Assembly: GCF_001194135.2 (NCBI RefSeq)
Contig: NC_068999.1
Span: forward strand, 21,631,827 to 21,685,318
Direction of reading: 5' to 3'
DNA: 53,492 nucleotides
Source: Octopus bimaculoides
Lineage: Eukaryota
Under the pieces are notes generated by a model. It ran no database searches and was not told the DNA's origin. It worked only from the letters and a program-made list of their open reading frames with translations. Positions 36,153 to 49,200 of the stretch are shown piece by piece (the stretch's first letter is position 1; every line of letters starts with the position of its first letter). Both the position numbers and the translations under genes were made by a program.

Positions 36153-37394
36153 CTATGTGTGTCTGTGTCTGTCCCCCTATCACTGCATGACAACTGGTGT
36201 TGGTGTATTTAGGTCCCCATAACTTTGCAGTTCAACAATAGAGACCAATAGAAAAAGTACTGGAGTCAATTTACTTGACTAAAAACCCTTCAAGGCAGTG
36301 CTCCAGCATGGCCGCAGTCTAATGACTGAAACAAGTAAAAGAATAAAAGAATGTGTGTGTGTGGATTTTTGACAGTGTTTGTCCCCCACAACCACTTGAC
36401 AACCAGTGTTGGTTTGTTTATGTCCCTGTAACTTAGCAGTTTGGCAAAAGAGAGCAATAGAATAAGTACCAGGTTTAAAAAGTGGCGGAGTCAATACATT
36501 TGACTAAAACCATTCTTCAAGGCAATTCCCCAGCATGGCTGCAGTCTAATGACTGAAACAAGTAAAAGATAAAAGATATACACACGTATATACGATGGGC
36601 TTCTTTCAGTTTCAATCTACCAAACCCCAACAGAAGGCTTTGATCAGCCCAAGGCTATAGTAGAAGAGACACACACATAAACACACATATTTTATATATA
36701 ATAGCCAAGAAGCAATACTGACTCCAAGGGAATACATTTTTGAGCCAATTATATTTGTTTGTTTTTTGTTTTCATAACCGCAATGACCTACAAAAATAAT
36801 ATTTGAATGTCATTAAGTATAACTATACATAAACTATATATAAACACATGACAAGCGACTGAGACCTTTGGAGATATGCTGTGCTTGAGAAGACCCGGTA
36901 AGCCAAGTGAGATTGTAGCTGTGACTCATGTAAGTGTCGCATAACAGGCCCGATCAAAAGTACCCTTCAATCGTCGGGCAATATGCTGTGCTTGAGAAGA
37001 CCTGTTGAGTCAAGTGAAACCGTAGTCATGGCTGATGCCAGTGCCACCTGACTGGATCTCATGCCAGTGGCACATAAAAAGCACCATTTGTGTGTAGTCA
37101 GTGCCACCTGACTGGTACCCATGCTGGTGGCACATAAAAAGCGCCCACTGCATTCTTGGAGTGGTTGGCATTAGGAAGGGCATCCTGCTGTAGAAACCGT
37201 GCCAGATTAGATTGGAGCCTGGTGCAGCCTCCTGGCTTGCCAGTCCTCAGTCATTCCGTCCAACCCATGCCAGCATGGAAAGCGGACATTAAACGATGAT
37301 GATGATATATTTTCATTCTTATATACTTTTCATATTTCATTCACTATACTGCAGCCATAATAAAGCAAACCTTTTAACTACACACAGCACTGGT

Positions 37395-37992
37395 ATGATA
37401 ATTCTGTTGTGTATGGATGAGGACAGCTGTGTGAAGAAGTGTCACACCCTAAGAGTGGAGGGAACCTGTAGAAGAGGTAGACCCAGGAAGACATGGGATG
37501 AGGTGGTGAAGCACAATCTTTGAACGTTGGGCCTCAAAAAGGCAATGACAAGCACCTGAGACCTTTAGAGATATGCTGTGCTTCAGAAGACCTGGCAAGC
37601 CGAGTGAGATAGTAGCTGTGGTCAATGCCAGTGTTGCATACCCAGCCCATTTAAAAGCACTCTTCAATCGTTGGGCAACATGCTGTGCTTGTGAAGACCT
37701 GTTAAACCAAGTGAAATCGTAGTCATGGCCAATGAAAGTGCCACCTGTGTCGGTGGCACGTAAAAAGCACCATTTGAGAGTGGTCAATGCCAGTCCCACA
37801 TGACTGGCTCCCGTGCCAATGGCATGTAAAAAGCATCCACTACACTCTCAAAGTAGTTGGTGCTAAGAAGGGTATCCAGCTGTAGAAACCTTGCCAAATC
37901 AGATTGGAGCTTGGTGCTACCTCCCAGCTTGCCAGTCCTCGGTCAAACCATCCAACCCATGCCAGCAGGGAAAGTGGACGTTAAACAACAAT
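37395..37992 (+). mobile_element. RTE-clade LINE 3' end (ORF2 C-terminus plus 3' UTR)
   Basis: MDEDSCVKKCHTLRVEGTCRRGRPRKTWDEVVKHNL is an RTE C-terminal motif (G.R.RGRPRKTW), followed by the tail shared with many truncated copies (for example 36850-37300, 19160-19450, 38655-38820, 40500-40658, 45805-46020). Confidence 0.85.
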
Positions 37993-38146
37993 GATAGCCA
38001 AGCCTGTGTTTATATAAAGTTATAAGGTGGATCTGTATTTTCAAAGACAAGTTAAAATGAAAACTCCCTTACTTGAAAAACAGGTAAGGGTTCACAATAG
38101 ATAGGGCAATGAGCTATAACAATGCTTCCATGATAATTGTCTAACC

Positions 38147-38484
38147 GAGTGATTCCCCAAGTGGAGCATAAACCACAACAGTGGGGAGTAGGATCCAAAA
38201 ATTTATCTTTTCTTTTTTAGTGGGACATGGAATTGTGAAAATCATTTTTTTTTTGTTCACAGCAAACATACTACACCAATACACAGCCTAGCAAAACAAA
38301 TCCCTCCAGCCAAGAATACTGCGTGAAGACTGTTTGTTACAGTATAATGCCATTGTAATGCCCTAGAGTGGATATTTCTTTAAGGAAATTATATAATTAT
38401 GAATTATTAAAAATAAAGTTGCTTTTTTTCCAACTACCATTGGAGCATAAATTTTTCTGGGGAAAAATAGACTGGGAAACACTG
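38147..38484. mobile_element. hAT MITE
   Basis: Ends GAGTGATTCCCCA / TGGGAAACACTG. Perfect 8-bp TSD GTCTAACC (38139-38146, 38485-38492). Confidence 0.8.
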
Positions 38485-38831
38485 GTCTAACCTATATTGG
38501 CATGAAAAAATGGACATAAAATTAATGAAGAGATTAGCTGAACAAATCGACCCCAGGACTTAATATTTTGGTACTTATTCCATCAGTTTCTGATGTGAAA
38601 CTTAAGTTATGGGACATAAACAAAACTAACAATGGCTACCAAACACAAATATATATCATCATCATCATCATCATCATCATCATCGTTTAACGTCCGCTTT
38701 CCATGCTAGCAAGGGTTGGACGATTTGACTGAGGACTGGTGAAACCGGATGGCAACACCAGGCTCCAGTCTAATTTGGCAGAGTTTCTACAGCTGGATGC
38801 CCTTCCTAACGCCAACCACTAGCGTTTTTGT

Positions 38832-38906
38832 TTGTCTTAATAACTGATGAGATGCCAGAGCAGACTTCAGCACCGGCATGCGAAACACTGAGTTTTATTA
38901 TGACAA
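38832..38906 (+). ncRNA. Type I hammerhead ribozyme-like motif
   Basis: Helix I UUGUC-U-UAAUAA / UUAUUA-U-GACAA. CUGAUGA at 38844-38850. Helix II G-AUGCC...GGCAU-(G)-C. GAAA at 38882-38885. C-acuga-G helix III, GUU^ at 38892-38894. Confidence 0.6.
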
Positions 38907-38921
38907 CCAACTAATTGTCAC

Positions 38922-38962
<41 letters not shown>

Positions 38963-39939
38963 NNNNNNNNNNNNNNNNNNNNNNNNNNNNNNNNNNNNNN
39001 NNNNNNNNNNNNNNNNNNNNNNNNNNNNNNNNNNNNNNNNNNNNNNNNNNNNNNNNNNNNNNNNNNNNNNNNNNNNNNNNNNNNNNNNNNNNNNNNNNNN
39101 NNNNNNNNNNNNNNNNNNNNNNNNNNNNNNNNNNNNNNNNNNNNNNNNNNNNNNNNNNNNNNNNNNNNNNNNNNNNNNNNNNNNNNNNNNNNNNNNNNNN
39201 NNNNNNNNNNNNNNNNNNNNNNNNNNNNNNNNNNNNNNNNNNNNNNNNNNNNNNNNNNNNNNNNNNNNNNNNNNNNNNNNNNNNNNNNNNNNNNNNNNNN
39301 NNNNNNNNNNNNNNNNNNNNNNNNNNNNNNNNNNNNNNNNNNNNNNNNNNNNNNNNNNNNNNNNNNNNNNNNNNNNNNNNNNNNNNNNNNNNNNNNNNNN
39401 NNNNNNNNNNNNNNNNNNNNNNNNNNNNNNNNNNNNNNNNNNNNNNNNNNNNNNNNNNNNNNNNNNNNNNNNNNNNNNNNNNNNNNNNNNNNNNNNNNNN
39501 NNNNNNNNNNNNNNNNNNNNNNNNNNNNNNNNNNNNNNNNNNNNNNNNNNNNNNNNNNNNNNNNNNNNNNNNNNNNNNNNNNNNNNNNNNNNNNNNNNNN
39601 NNNNNNNNNNNNNNNNNNNNNNNNNNNNNNNNNNNNNNNNNNNNNNNNNNNNNNNNNNNNNNNNNNNNNNNNNNNNNNNNNNNNNNNNNNNNNNNNNNNN
39701 NNNNNNNNNNNNNNNNNNNNNNNNNNNNNNNNNNNNNNNNNNNNNNNNNNNNNNNNNNNNNNNNNNNNNNNNNNNNNNNNNNNNNNNNNNNNNNNNNNNN
39801 NNNNNNNNNNNNNNNNNNNNNNNNNNNNNNNNNNNNNNNNNNNNNNNNNNNNNNNNNNNNNNNNNNNNNNNNNNNNNNNNNNNNNNNNNNNNNNNNNNNN
39901 NNNNNNNNNNNNNNNNNNNNNNNNNNNNNNNNNNNNNNN

Positions 39940-39984
<45 letters not shown>

Positions 39985-42362
39985 TGTGTGTGTGTGTGAG
40001 TATATAAGAAATTAAGTGACAAAGGAATAAATAATTATGTTCTGAACTTCACATTTACAGCTTCATGCTGGAAGCTCCAATGAAGCAACAGAGTGATACT
40101 CAAGCAATCAGCTACGAGTGCACTGCACCTTTGTCACCCCAATTTCTTAGTACCACTCTGTACTCAACTGACACCTCATACTGAAGCATATGTGTATTGA
40201 GTTCCAACACCAGGTTATTAGCATCACAATACCTAAGCAAAATATTAAAAGTAAATATTAAATAGTAATTTTTACCAGTGGTCAGCATGCATAATAAAAG
40301 TCTGAAAGCATAAATATTTCTATATAGACGCAGGAGTGGCTGTGTGGTAAGTAGCTTGCTTACCAACCACATGGTTCTGGATTCAGTCCCACTGCATGGC
40401 ACCTTGGGCAAGTGTCTTCTACTATAGCCTTGGGCCGACCAAAGCCTTGTGAGTGGATTTGGTAGACGGAAACTGAAAAAAGCCCATCGTATATATGGAT
40501 ATCATCATCATCATCATCGTTTAACGTCCGCTTTCCATGCTAGCATGGGTTGGACGATTTGACTGAGGACTGGTGAAACCGGATAGCAACACCAGGCTCC
40601 AATCTAATTTGGCAGTTTCTACAGCTGGATGCCCTTCCTAACGCCAACCACTCAGAGANNNNNNNNNNNNNNNNNNNNNNNNNNNNNNNNNNNNNNNNNN
40701 NNNNNNNNNNNNNNNNNNNNNNNNNNNNNNNNNNNNNNNNNNNNNNNNNNNNNNNNNNNNNNNNNNNNNNNNNNNNNNNNNNNNNNNNNNNNNNNNNNNN
40801 NNNNNNNNNNNNNNNNNNNNNNNNNNNNNNNNNNNNNNTATATATATGTATGTGTGTGATTGTGTCTATGTTTGTCCCCCCAACATTGCTTGACAACCGA
40901 TGCTAGTGTGCTTACGTCCCCGTAACTTAGCGGTTCGGCAAAAGAGACCAATAGAATAAATACTAGGCTTACAAAGAATAAATCCTGGGGTCGATTTGAG
41001 CTCGACTGAAGGCAGTGCTCCAGCATGGCCGCAGTCAAAAATGACTGAAACAAGTAAAAGAGTATATAATAGTGTATAAAAGTTTATACACAGAGAGGAG
41101 ACCACCATGTGGACTCCTAACATACTGAAAAGGGCAATCAAAACCCAAACCACAAAAGAAAGATTCTTCTACAAGGCATGTATGTATGTATGTATGTACA
41201 CACACATGCAAAAATACAAAACAAGCTTTCATGCAGTTTCTGTGTACCAAATTCACTCACAAAACATTGGTTGGCCCGGGCTGTAGCAGAAGACACTTGT
41301 CCAAGGTGGTGCTCAGTGGGACTGAACCTGAAACACATTTTTGCAAAGCGAGCTTTTTAACCACACAGCCATACCTGTGCTGAGAGTTAAACTAGGTATA
41401 TGGAAACTGTAGAGAAGCGTTCAGTCTGTTACACTCATTCTGCCCAAGGATTAAGTTAAGGATGTACATGTGTGTGGAGTACTCAGCCACTTATAACCTA
41501 ATTCAATGAACAGATAATTCAGATAGAACAACTGAGATCCATTTTCATTGTATTGTAGTAGTTCACCCTGTGAGGTGGTTGGTGTTAGGAAGAGCATCCA
41601 ACTGTAAAAACCATGCCAAAATAGACACAGAGGTCTAGTGCAGTTTTCTGCCTAGCCTGCTCCTGTCAAATTGTCCAACCCATGCCAACATGGAAGGCGG
41701 ATGTTAAACAATGATGATAATGATGTAGTATGCTCTGTTTCTGGCTCCTGCAACAAATGAAAAATTGGTGGAATAGCAGAAATGGTAAAGTACTTGAGTA
41801 AATGCCTAGTATCATCAAGTTATAGCCCACACATTCTAGGTTCAAATCCTGCCAGGACAACTCATGGTCTATACTAAGCAGATTAATTTTAAAAATTGTT
41901 TCTGCCTCCAAAATGTACAGCCTTGTGTCAGTGCTTTTCATAGATTTACATGTTTTAGGTGCAATTCTTGCCAGACTCAGTTTTACCTTACTTCCTTTGA
42001 ACAGGGGTCAGTTCAATGGGATTGGATGTTGGAACCATCCTGCACACTCTGAACAGCTAGGTGGCTTGTGTGCTAATGTCAAACAGTTGTCACATGTAGA
42101 ATACAGATCCCACATTCAAAAGAATCCATTATGCAAAATACTTCCACCATATATCTTTAGTTAGAACAAGTAGGAAAAGTGACCCCTGTCACGTATTTAT
42201 CATAAAAACAGATAAAATGGACACTTTGGTTCCACTTACAAGTACCAACAAATATTCTACCAAAAGAGGAAGGTGAATGGTATTTCAACAGTGCCTCACT
42301 AAGTGGTGAAGCACAAACACCAAAATTTTTAACATGTATTTTTAATATAAAGGTTCCATTAA

Positions 42363-42582
42363 CCTTTTAGCATTAATCTTACTCTGTCAAATGAAATGCT
42401 TATTCATTCATATTTTTTATAATTGGTCATGTATTATCTCATAGCTTCGAGATTTTGAAGATACAATTGTTTATTTTCAGAATGACATTGCAGGGTAGGT
42501 ACAAGAGACTAGATCTGGTCAGTTTGAACATAAAGCAGATAGAATGTTTTGACCAGATATGGCTGGTTTAAATAGTAAGGGA
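42363..42582 (+). mobile_element. piggyBac-like MITE, family B
   Basis: TTAA at 42359-42362 and 42583-42586. Homologous to 9342-9561. Confidence 0.7.
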
Positions 42583-43026
42583 TTAAGTTATTTGCAGTTC
42601 ACTCATTGAGTGAAGTTTGAGCATACAATTTCTAGCTTTATGTATACAAGTTGTAGGGATATATATATGCACACTAACCAATTGCAGATTGGTTGGGTGC
42701 TTCCATGATTAAGTGATTAGTCTTGGCCACACATGTATTTATGATCATTATTTAACAGCCATAACCCATACTGGAATGGGTTGGATAGTATTAATAAAAA
42801 TCACCATTGTTCTCAGTGTTCATTTTTCCATGTTGGAATGGATTCATTGGAGTTTATTGAAGCAAATTTTCAATGCCCAGATCATAATCCTGTTGCCAAC
42901 ACTTACCAGTTTCTAATCAAGTTAACTTTACTCCATGGCTAGCTATGTTTACACAGAATACTGGAAATGAACAACATTCATTTAATTTACAACTGCCTTG
43001 TGATGTCAAGGCACACACACGAACTA

Positions 43027-43258
43027 AGGCGGCGAGCTGGCAGAAACGTTAGCACAGCGGGCGAAATGCTTAGCGGTATTTCGTCTGCTGCTACGTTTTG
43101 AGTTCAAATTCCGCCGAGGTCGACTTTGCCTTTCATCCTTTCGGGGTTGATTAAATAAGTACCAGTTACGCACTGGGGTCGATATAATCGACTTAATCCA
43201 TTTGTCTGTCCTTGTTTGTCCCCTCTGTGTGTAGCCCCTTGTGGGTAGTAAAGAAATA
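43027..43258 (+). mobile_element. tRNA-derived SINE, family 3
   Basis: aggcggcgagctggcagaaacgttagca...gagttcaaattcc head. Copies at about 27975-28410, 29040-29720, 33190-33660, 34250-34700 and 49660-49860. Confidence 0.85.
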
Positions 43259-43279
43259 ACACACACACGTGTATGTATG

Positions 43280-43321
<42 letters not shown>

Positions 43322-43917
43322 AAAGGTAAGCCTATTGACTTCAAGCTTCACACTGCAAAATAGTATGATTCTAATATATTGAGCCTTCCAGCCTCATCTC
43401 AAGGTCCTGTTCTTTCCTCTTCCCTTCATTTATTTTATTTTATATATTTGTATTCACTCTGATGAAGCTCCATGTACTAGATCAAATATGCTATAAAGAT
43501 GGCCAATATTATTTTCAGGATTTTCTTTATAAACACCAACTGACACTGGCAGCCAAAATGGCCATAAGAAATGTTATGTAATGTTATGTTTTGTTTTGTA
43601 TTAAAAAATAATTAACCGATGTTGGTCAATTTGCTTGTTTGTTGATCAAAAGTTTTCTCCATTTTCTGTTTATATATAAATATATATATATATATAATAG
43701 AAATATTACATTTCTAAATTTCTCAGAGAGATTTATACAGTAGCAGCACGATAAAGTGATGGTATGTTATCAACTTAATGTGACAGTCCCATGAACGGGA
43801 AGAATTCTACTGCTATTTAGCCCTAGGAAACACCATTTCCTGTTGGCCATGACATATTTTCTTTGTTTTTATGTTTTCAAAGGGGAAGATAAGCACCTCC
43901 ACCCAGCAAAGCCAGCA

Positions 43918-43960
43918 TCCAGAGACTAGTTTCAGAGTCATTGCTCATCATCAGTCTGGA
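43918..43960 (-). ncRNA. Type I hammerhead ribozyme-like motif
   Basis: 5'-UCCAGA CUGAUGA U GAG-caauga-CUC U GAAAC UA GUC^ UCUGGA-3'. Perfect 6-bp helix I that extends imperfectly to 43889/43991, canonical GUC site, palindromic ACUAGU at helix III. A U-U mismatch closes helix II. Confidence 0.65.
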
Positions 43961-46041
43961 GTAGCATGGCTTGCTAGCTGTCGATGCTTATTCACCTTTG
44001 AAGACATATATATTTCATGTGAAATACATTCACTGATTTCAAAAATAGAAATATTACATTTCTAAATCTTTCAAAGAGATTTATACATATATATGGATAC
44101 AGACCTAGTAGAATAGATAAGAAGTTCACTTGACAACCATGAGGACTTTAGTTTGATACCACTGCATGTTGGGCAAGTATTTTTTAACACACCCTCAGAT
44201 CACCCCAAGCATTATTAATGAAATTAGAAGCTGGAAACTGTAGACGTCCATCACATGTACTGTACCTGGAGTTCAAAGGTCCAGCTTTGTCACACTGATT
44301 CTACACAGGAATTATTTGAATGTTAAAGATGTCTATGGAATACCCAGCCACTTAACACATTAATTCAATGAGGTCATTCAGCTACTTGAACAAATGAATG
44401 CCTTCATAGCAAAATTGACTACAGAATTCGTAAAAGTATTATTAATAGTAAACTTCTAAATGCAAATATATATTTGTGTGTGTATGTATGTAGTTATGTG
44501 TACATGTACAAATACAGGTGAGTGTGTATGCCAACTCAAAATATACCAGATCCTTCAATTTTCTACACAATATCTCCTCCTCTACTACAAATTTGTGGCC
44601 TCACCATGGTTATTATTGCATACAACAACAGTTAAGGTGGTTAACACCATTCTAAAAGTATACAGGGGTAAAGAGTAACCTGGTCAAGTGAATGAACTTG
44701 CAACTCAGCACTTGAAGAGGCATGTCCATACTGGCAGAGAGTATAAGGTGCTAAATAGATGGATCAGTTAAGTCTGATTCAGCCTGAAACTCTAGGTTAA
44801 CAGAAACTGAGATGAAGTTACAAACAAGGAATATCAATATGCAAATGAAGTTGCAACATCTACAGAAATTCTTGCATGGTTAACAGATGTGGTCACCTTT
44901 TGTCAGGCACATTCTCCCACTGTCTGTCTCTTTGATAGAGCTGCTGTCCTGAGTCAAGATAAGACCTAAACTGGGTAACTAACATCTGGAGTGTCATCAA
45001 GTGCTTACAGCCTTTTACCAGTCATGTAATGAGGTCAGTGAGACTTCTGCTAATTTATAGAAGACAAGTGAAGATATTTGAGGGGATGGAAATTCTGGGT
45101 ATCAGAGGACTATGAATGATTTTCAGAAATTCTTAGCTTGATGGTGCTACTGAGGGATATTATTAGTTCAAGATAAACTTTATAGGCATGGAAGCACAAT
45201 CAGGTAGACCTATTTAGGTTGCACACATGGTGAAGAAACCATTTTATATACACATAATTAGTGTATGAATATTACTGACTTCTAGCATGTAGGATGGACT
45301 GGCTATTAACCAAATCTATTGTGAAGACTACCTAACTGCTTTTCTTTAACCAGGAACGGCAGGTCATTTTCTTGTCTGGTGGCTATGGTACAAGAGGTTT
45401 TGTGGTAGACAAGACTGATAGAACTAAAGACCAGGCTCTCACTTTTTCAAGTTCCACTTAATATGAATGTGAGGGGAGAGAGGGAGAGAGAGAGAGAGGT
45501 TCTCTTCCAGTAAACTTGTTAAAAGTGGGGTGACATTAGTGATCATCGAATGAATAAATGGCTCTCCTCTCAACATAAACATACAGGGCTGGAAAATGGG
45601 AGGTATATGCCCTTGTGATATGATCGTCTTGACTACCAAGGATTCTGGCTCTGTGCAGTGGACCTTTTCTCCAAAAACTATGACCTGTTTATGTTCTGCT
45701 TATGCTTTTTACTTCACTCTATTTTTTTCCTCTCCCATTTCTAAGTACAGTGCACATTTAGTAAGCTGTGTCTACATATTCCCTTCATCTGAAGACTTTC
45801 GTCGTCATCGTCGTCTAAAGTCCGCTTTCCATGCTAGCATGGGTTGGACGATTTGACTGAGGACTGGTGAACCAGGAGGTGACACCGGGCTCCAATCTGA
45901 TTTGGCAGAGTTTCTACAGCTGGATGCCCTTCCTAACACCAACCACTCCGAGAGTGTAGTGGGTGCTTTTACGTGCCACCGGCACGAGGGCCAGTCAGGC
46001 GGTACTGGCGACGGCCACGCTGTGGTATGGTAAATAAATAA

Positions 46042-46082
<41 letters not shown>

Positions 46083-47235
46083 NNNNNNNNNNNNNNNNNN
46101 NNNNNNNNNNNNNNNNNNNNNNNNNNNNNNNNNNNNNNNNNNNNNNNNNNNNNNNNNNNNNNNNNNNNNNNNNNNNNNNNNNNNNNNNNNNNNNNNNNNN
46201 NNNNNNNNNNNNNNNNNNNNNNNNNNNNNNNNNNNNNNNNNNNNNNNNNNNNNNNNNNNNNNNNNNNNNNNNNNNNNNNNNNNNNNNNNNNNNNNNNNNN
46301 NNNNNNNNNNNNNNNNNNNNNNNNNNNNNNNNNNNNNNNNNNNNNNNNNNNNNNNNNNNNNNNNNNNNNNNNNNNNNNNNNNNNNNNNNNNNNNNNNNNN
46401 NNNNNNNNNNNNNNNNNNNNNNNNNNNNNNNNNNNNNNNNNNNNNNNNNNNNNNNNNNNNNNNNNNNNNNNNNNNNNNNNNNNNNNNNNNNNNNNNNNNN
46501 NNNNNNNNNNNNNNNNNNNNNNNNNNNNNNNNNNNNNNNNNNNNNNNNNNNNNNNNNNNNNNNNNNNNNNNNNNNNNNNNNNNNNNNNNNNNNNNNNNNN
46601 NNNNNNNNNNNNNNNNNNNNNNNNNNNNNNNNNNNNNNNNNNNNNNNNNNNNNNNNNNNNNNNNNNNNNNNNNNNNNNNNNNNNNNNNNNNNNNNNNNNN
46701 NNNNNNNNNNNNNNNNNNNNNNNNNNNNNNNNNNNNNNNNNNNNNNNNNNNNNNNNNNNTATATATATACGACGGGCTTCTTTCAGTTTCCATCTACTAA
46801 ACCCACTCACAAGGCTTTGGTCGGCCCGCGGCCCAAAGTACCATGCAGTGGGACTGAACCCGAAACTATGTGGTTGGAAAGCAAGCTTCTTACCAAACAG
46901 CCTACATGATTATTATCATTATTATTATTAGGAACTGAGCTATATATACACATATATACACATATATATATATATAAGGAAAAGAGGAGGAATATATATT
47001 AACGGTGACAGGAAGAACCTACAGATAACAACTAGTTTACATTACAGGCCTTCCAGTTTAGACACGTGTGTAAGTTACTATATACGTGTATATTACATTC
47101 ATTCAGTATATAAAAATAAAATATATCTATACATACAACATATATATACATATGTATACATATACATATGTATACATATACATATATATATATATATATA
47201 CATACATATGTATACATATACATATGTATACATAT

Positions 47236-47268
<33 letters not shown>

Positions 47269-48566
47269 GTATGTGCATGTGTATATAGAGAGAGAGATTT
47301 ATAAAATATAGAAAGTGAGATAGAGGTGTGTGTATAAGGACAATATGCGAATCCCCGAATATGACAGCGTGTATCATAAACACATGTACGTACTTATTTA
47401 TAGGACAGATATCAATTTTAAGGTCCTTATAGGGAACTATAAATAAATATTGATTGGAAGGCTGAAGTACAATTATGCAGCACCATAACAGATTACACAA
47501 GGGAGGCTTCGACGTGGTTGCTCGATATGCTGGAGATAGCAACCGAATTTCCTTCTAATCTCACCTCACCATCGTAAAAAAGGAATGGCACGTTGAATAA
47601 AGTTGTCCTGGATATACTAGCTGAATAAGACAGGGTAGCCATGGCTAGAAGATCTTTTATCATAGGTCTGCTCAATTATATCTAACCCAGAGCAAAACAA
47701 CATCTCTCGCTCACACATACAGACAAGCCAACGAAGGTAATCACTCAACTTGCTAGAAACAACAATCAAAATCGCTCTTAAATCACATCCTGCCATCTTT
47801 CAGAATAAGAATAATTTATTAAATAATCTTAGTTGCGATATGCCCAAAAATAAGATGAGTCAGTCATGCCTGGATTGACTTTTGATCGTAGGTTTACTCA
47901 ATCAAATCTGACCCGGGACTAAACAACAATGTCACAAAGCTATAAGACAGACGATGTAGGTTTGGTAGCACAATTCATGGAACACAGCAAAACGAAAACG
48001 AAAACGTCAATCCGAGAAAGGTTTGAAACTAAAACCCTAGAAGAACTTATCAGGTGTTCCATAGTTTCTGGCTTCTAATCACAATAGCAATGTTTTCTAG
48101 CATAGTGGCAAACTCTCAGTTAACTATGGTATTGTGTCTGCAGGGTCAGGCACAATAAGTTTCAACTAAAATTGGCGCAGATATATTAATAACAGACAGT
48201 TGGACATATAGAAATACGGATTATATATTATATAGACAGATAAATACACCGATGAATTGTTAATCAAATTACACAGGAGTATAGAGACATGCATAGATAT
48301 AGGGGGTGGGTATATAAACACACAGATAGGTAGGTAAATGTACAGACTAGTATGTAGATACAGAGATGGGGGTGGTTGTTATTATATACATATAGGTAGT
48401 TGTATAGATAGGTAGATATATGTAAACAGATAATTAGGTGATAGATAGATAGATAGATAGATAGATAGACAGGCAGATGGGTGGGTGGATAGATGATAAA
48501 CATAGAAAAATAAGTAGGTATATAACCAATTGAACATCGATAGAGAGAAATATAGTTAGAACCCAC

Positions 48567-48981
48567 CTTTGATATCATAAATGCTGATGTAAGGAATTCC
48601 CATAACCAATGACCATAGAACAATGTTACATATGTCTAAAGAAGACACGTCTCTCTCGTTAAGGGCCAAGCCGAGACTGGTTGGCAATTTCTTCAGTTCT
48701 TTACTATCACATCGGATGCGATTCAATTGCAAAGGTGTCGCCGTCGTGGAGGTTGTGGTAGTCAACGTTCTTGATGTTATTGTTGACGACTTTCTTCTGT
48801 CCCTAAAACAACTAAAGATGTGCTTGACAAAATAGAGAAAGCCGTGGAAATTACTAAATCCACTGTTACCAGCAAATACAAGAAAGCGCAGCTGTAGTAT
48901 TTTCAACCACCAGTCGTAGATACAGGAGACGAACGACAGCAAGTAGTGGAACAATCGGAGTAAGAATCTATCAAGGAACAT
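48567..48981 (-). CDS. NUS1: NUS1 / Nogo-B receptor, coding exon 1 (138 codons + 1 nt)
   Basis: ATG at 48981-48979. The ORF reads MFLDRFLLRLFHYLL...DSKELKKLPTSLGLALNERDVSSLDICNIVLWSLVMGIPYISIYDIK-G, which resembles human NgBR as I recall it (DGRSLEKLPVHMGLVI...[24 protein letters not shown]). Donor G|GTGGGT at 48566-48561. Hydrophobic N-terminus. Confidence 0.95.
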
Positions 48982-49200
48982 GACGATTTATTTATATATG
49001 TCTGAAAGAAGGCAGAAGATATATATGGTGATGATAGTGATGAATATATGAAAGAAACTAGCAAAAACAGTGCCTTTTTCCGACGTTAGAGACCGGTAAC
49101 TACACATAGACTGACTCGAAGCTAAGCCATTGTAGTCCCGCACTTGACGAAAGAAAGAATACTATTCGTATTCGGAAATTAGCAATACGTTAGAATTAGA
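48982..49200 (-). promoter_or_regulatory. NUS1 5' UTR / proximal promoter region
   Basis: Unique, CpG-retaining sequence just upstream of the ATG. Two ACTACA motifs in opposite orientation (49099-49104 plus; GGGACTACAAT around 49129-49139 minus), resembling the housekeeping-promoter ACTACA motif. TSS not determinable. Confidence 0.4.

Noticed and set aside
43459-43490. CTGATGAAG on plus, resembling a hammerhead core
   Set aside because: No GAAA core or consistent helices downstream.
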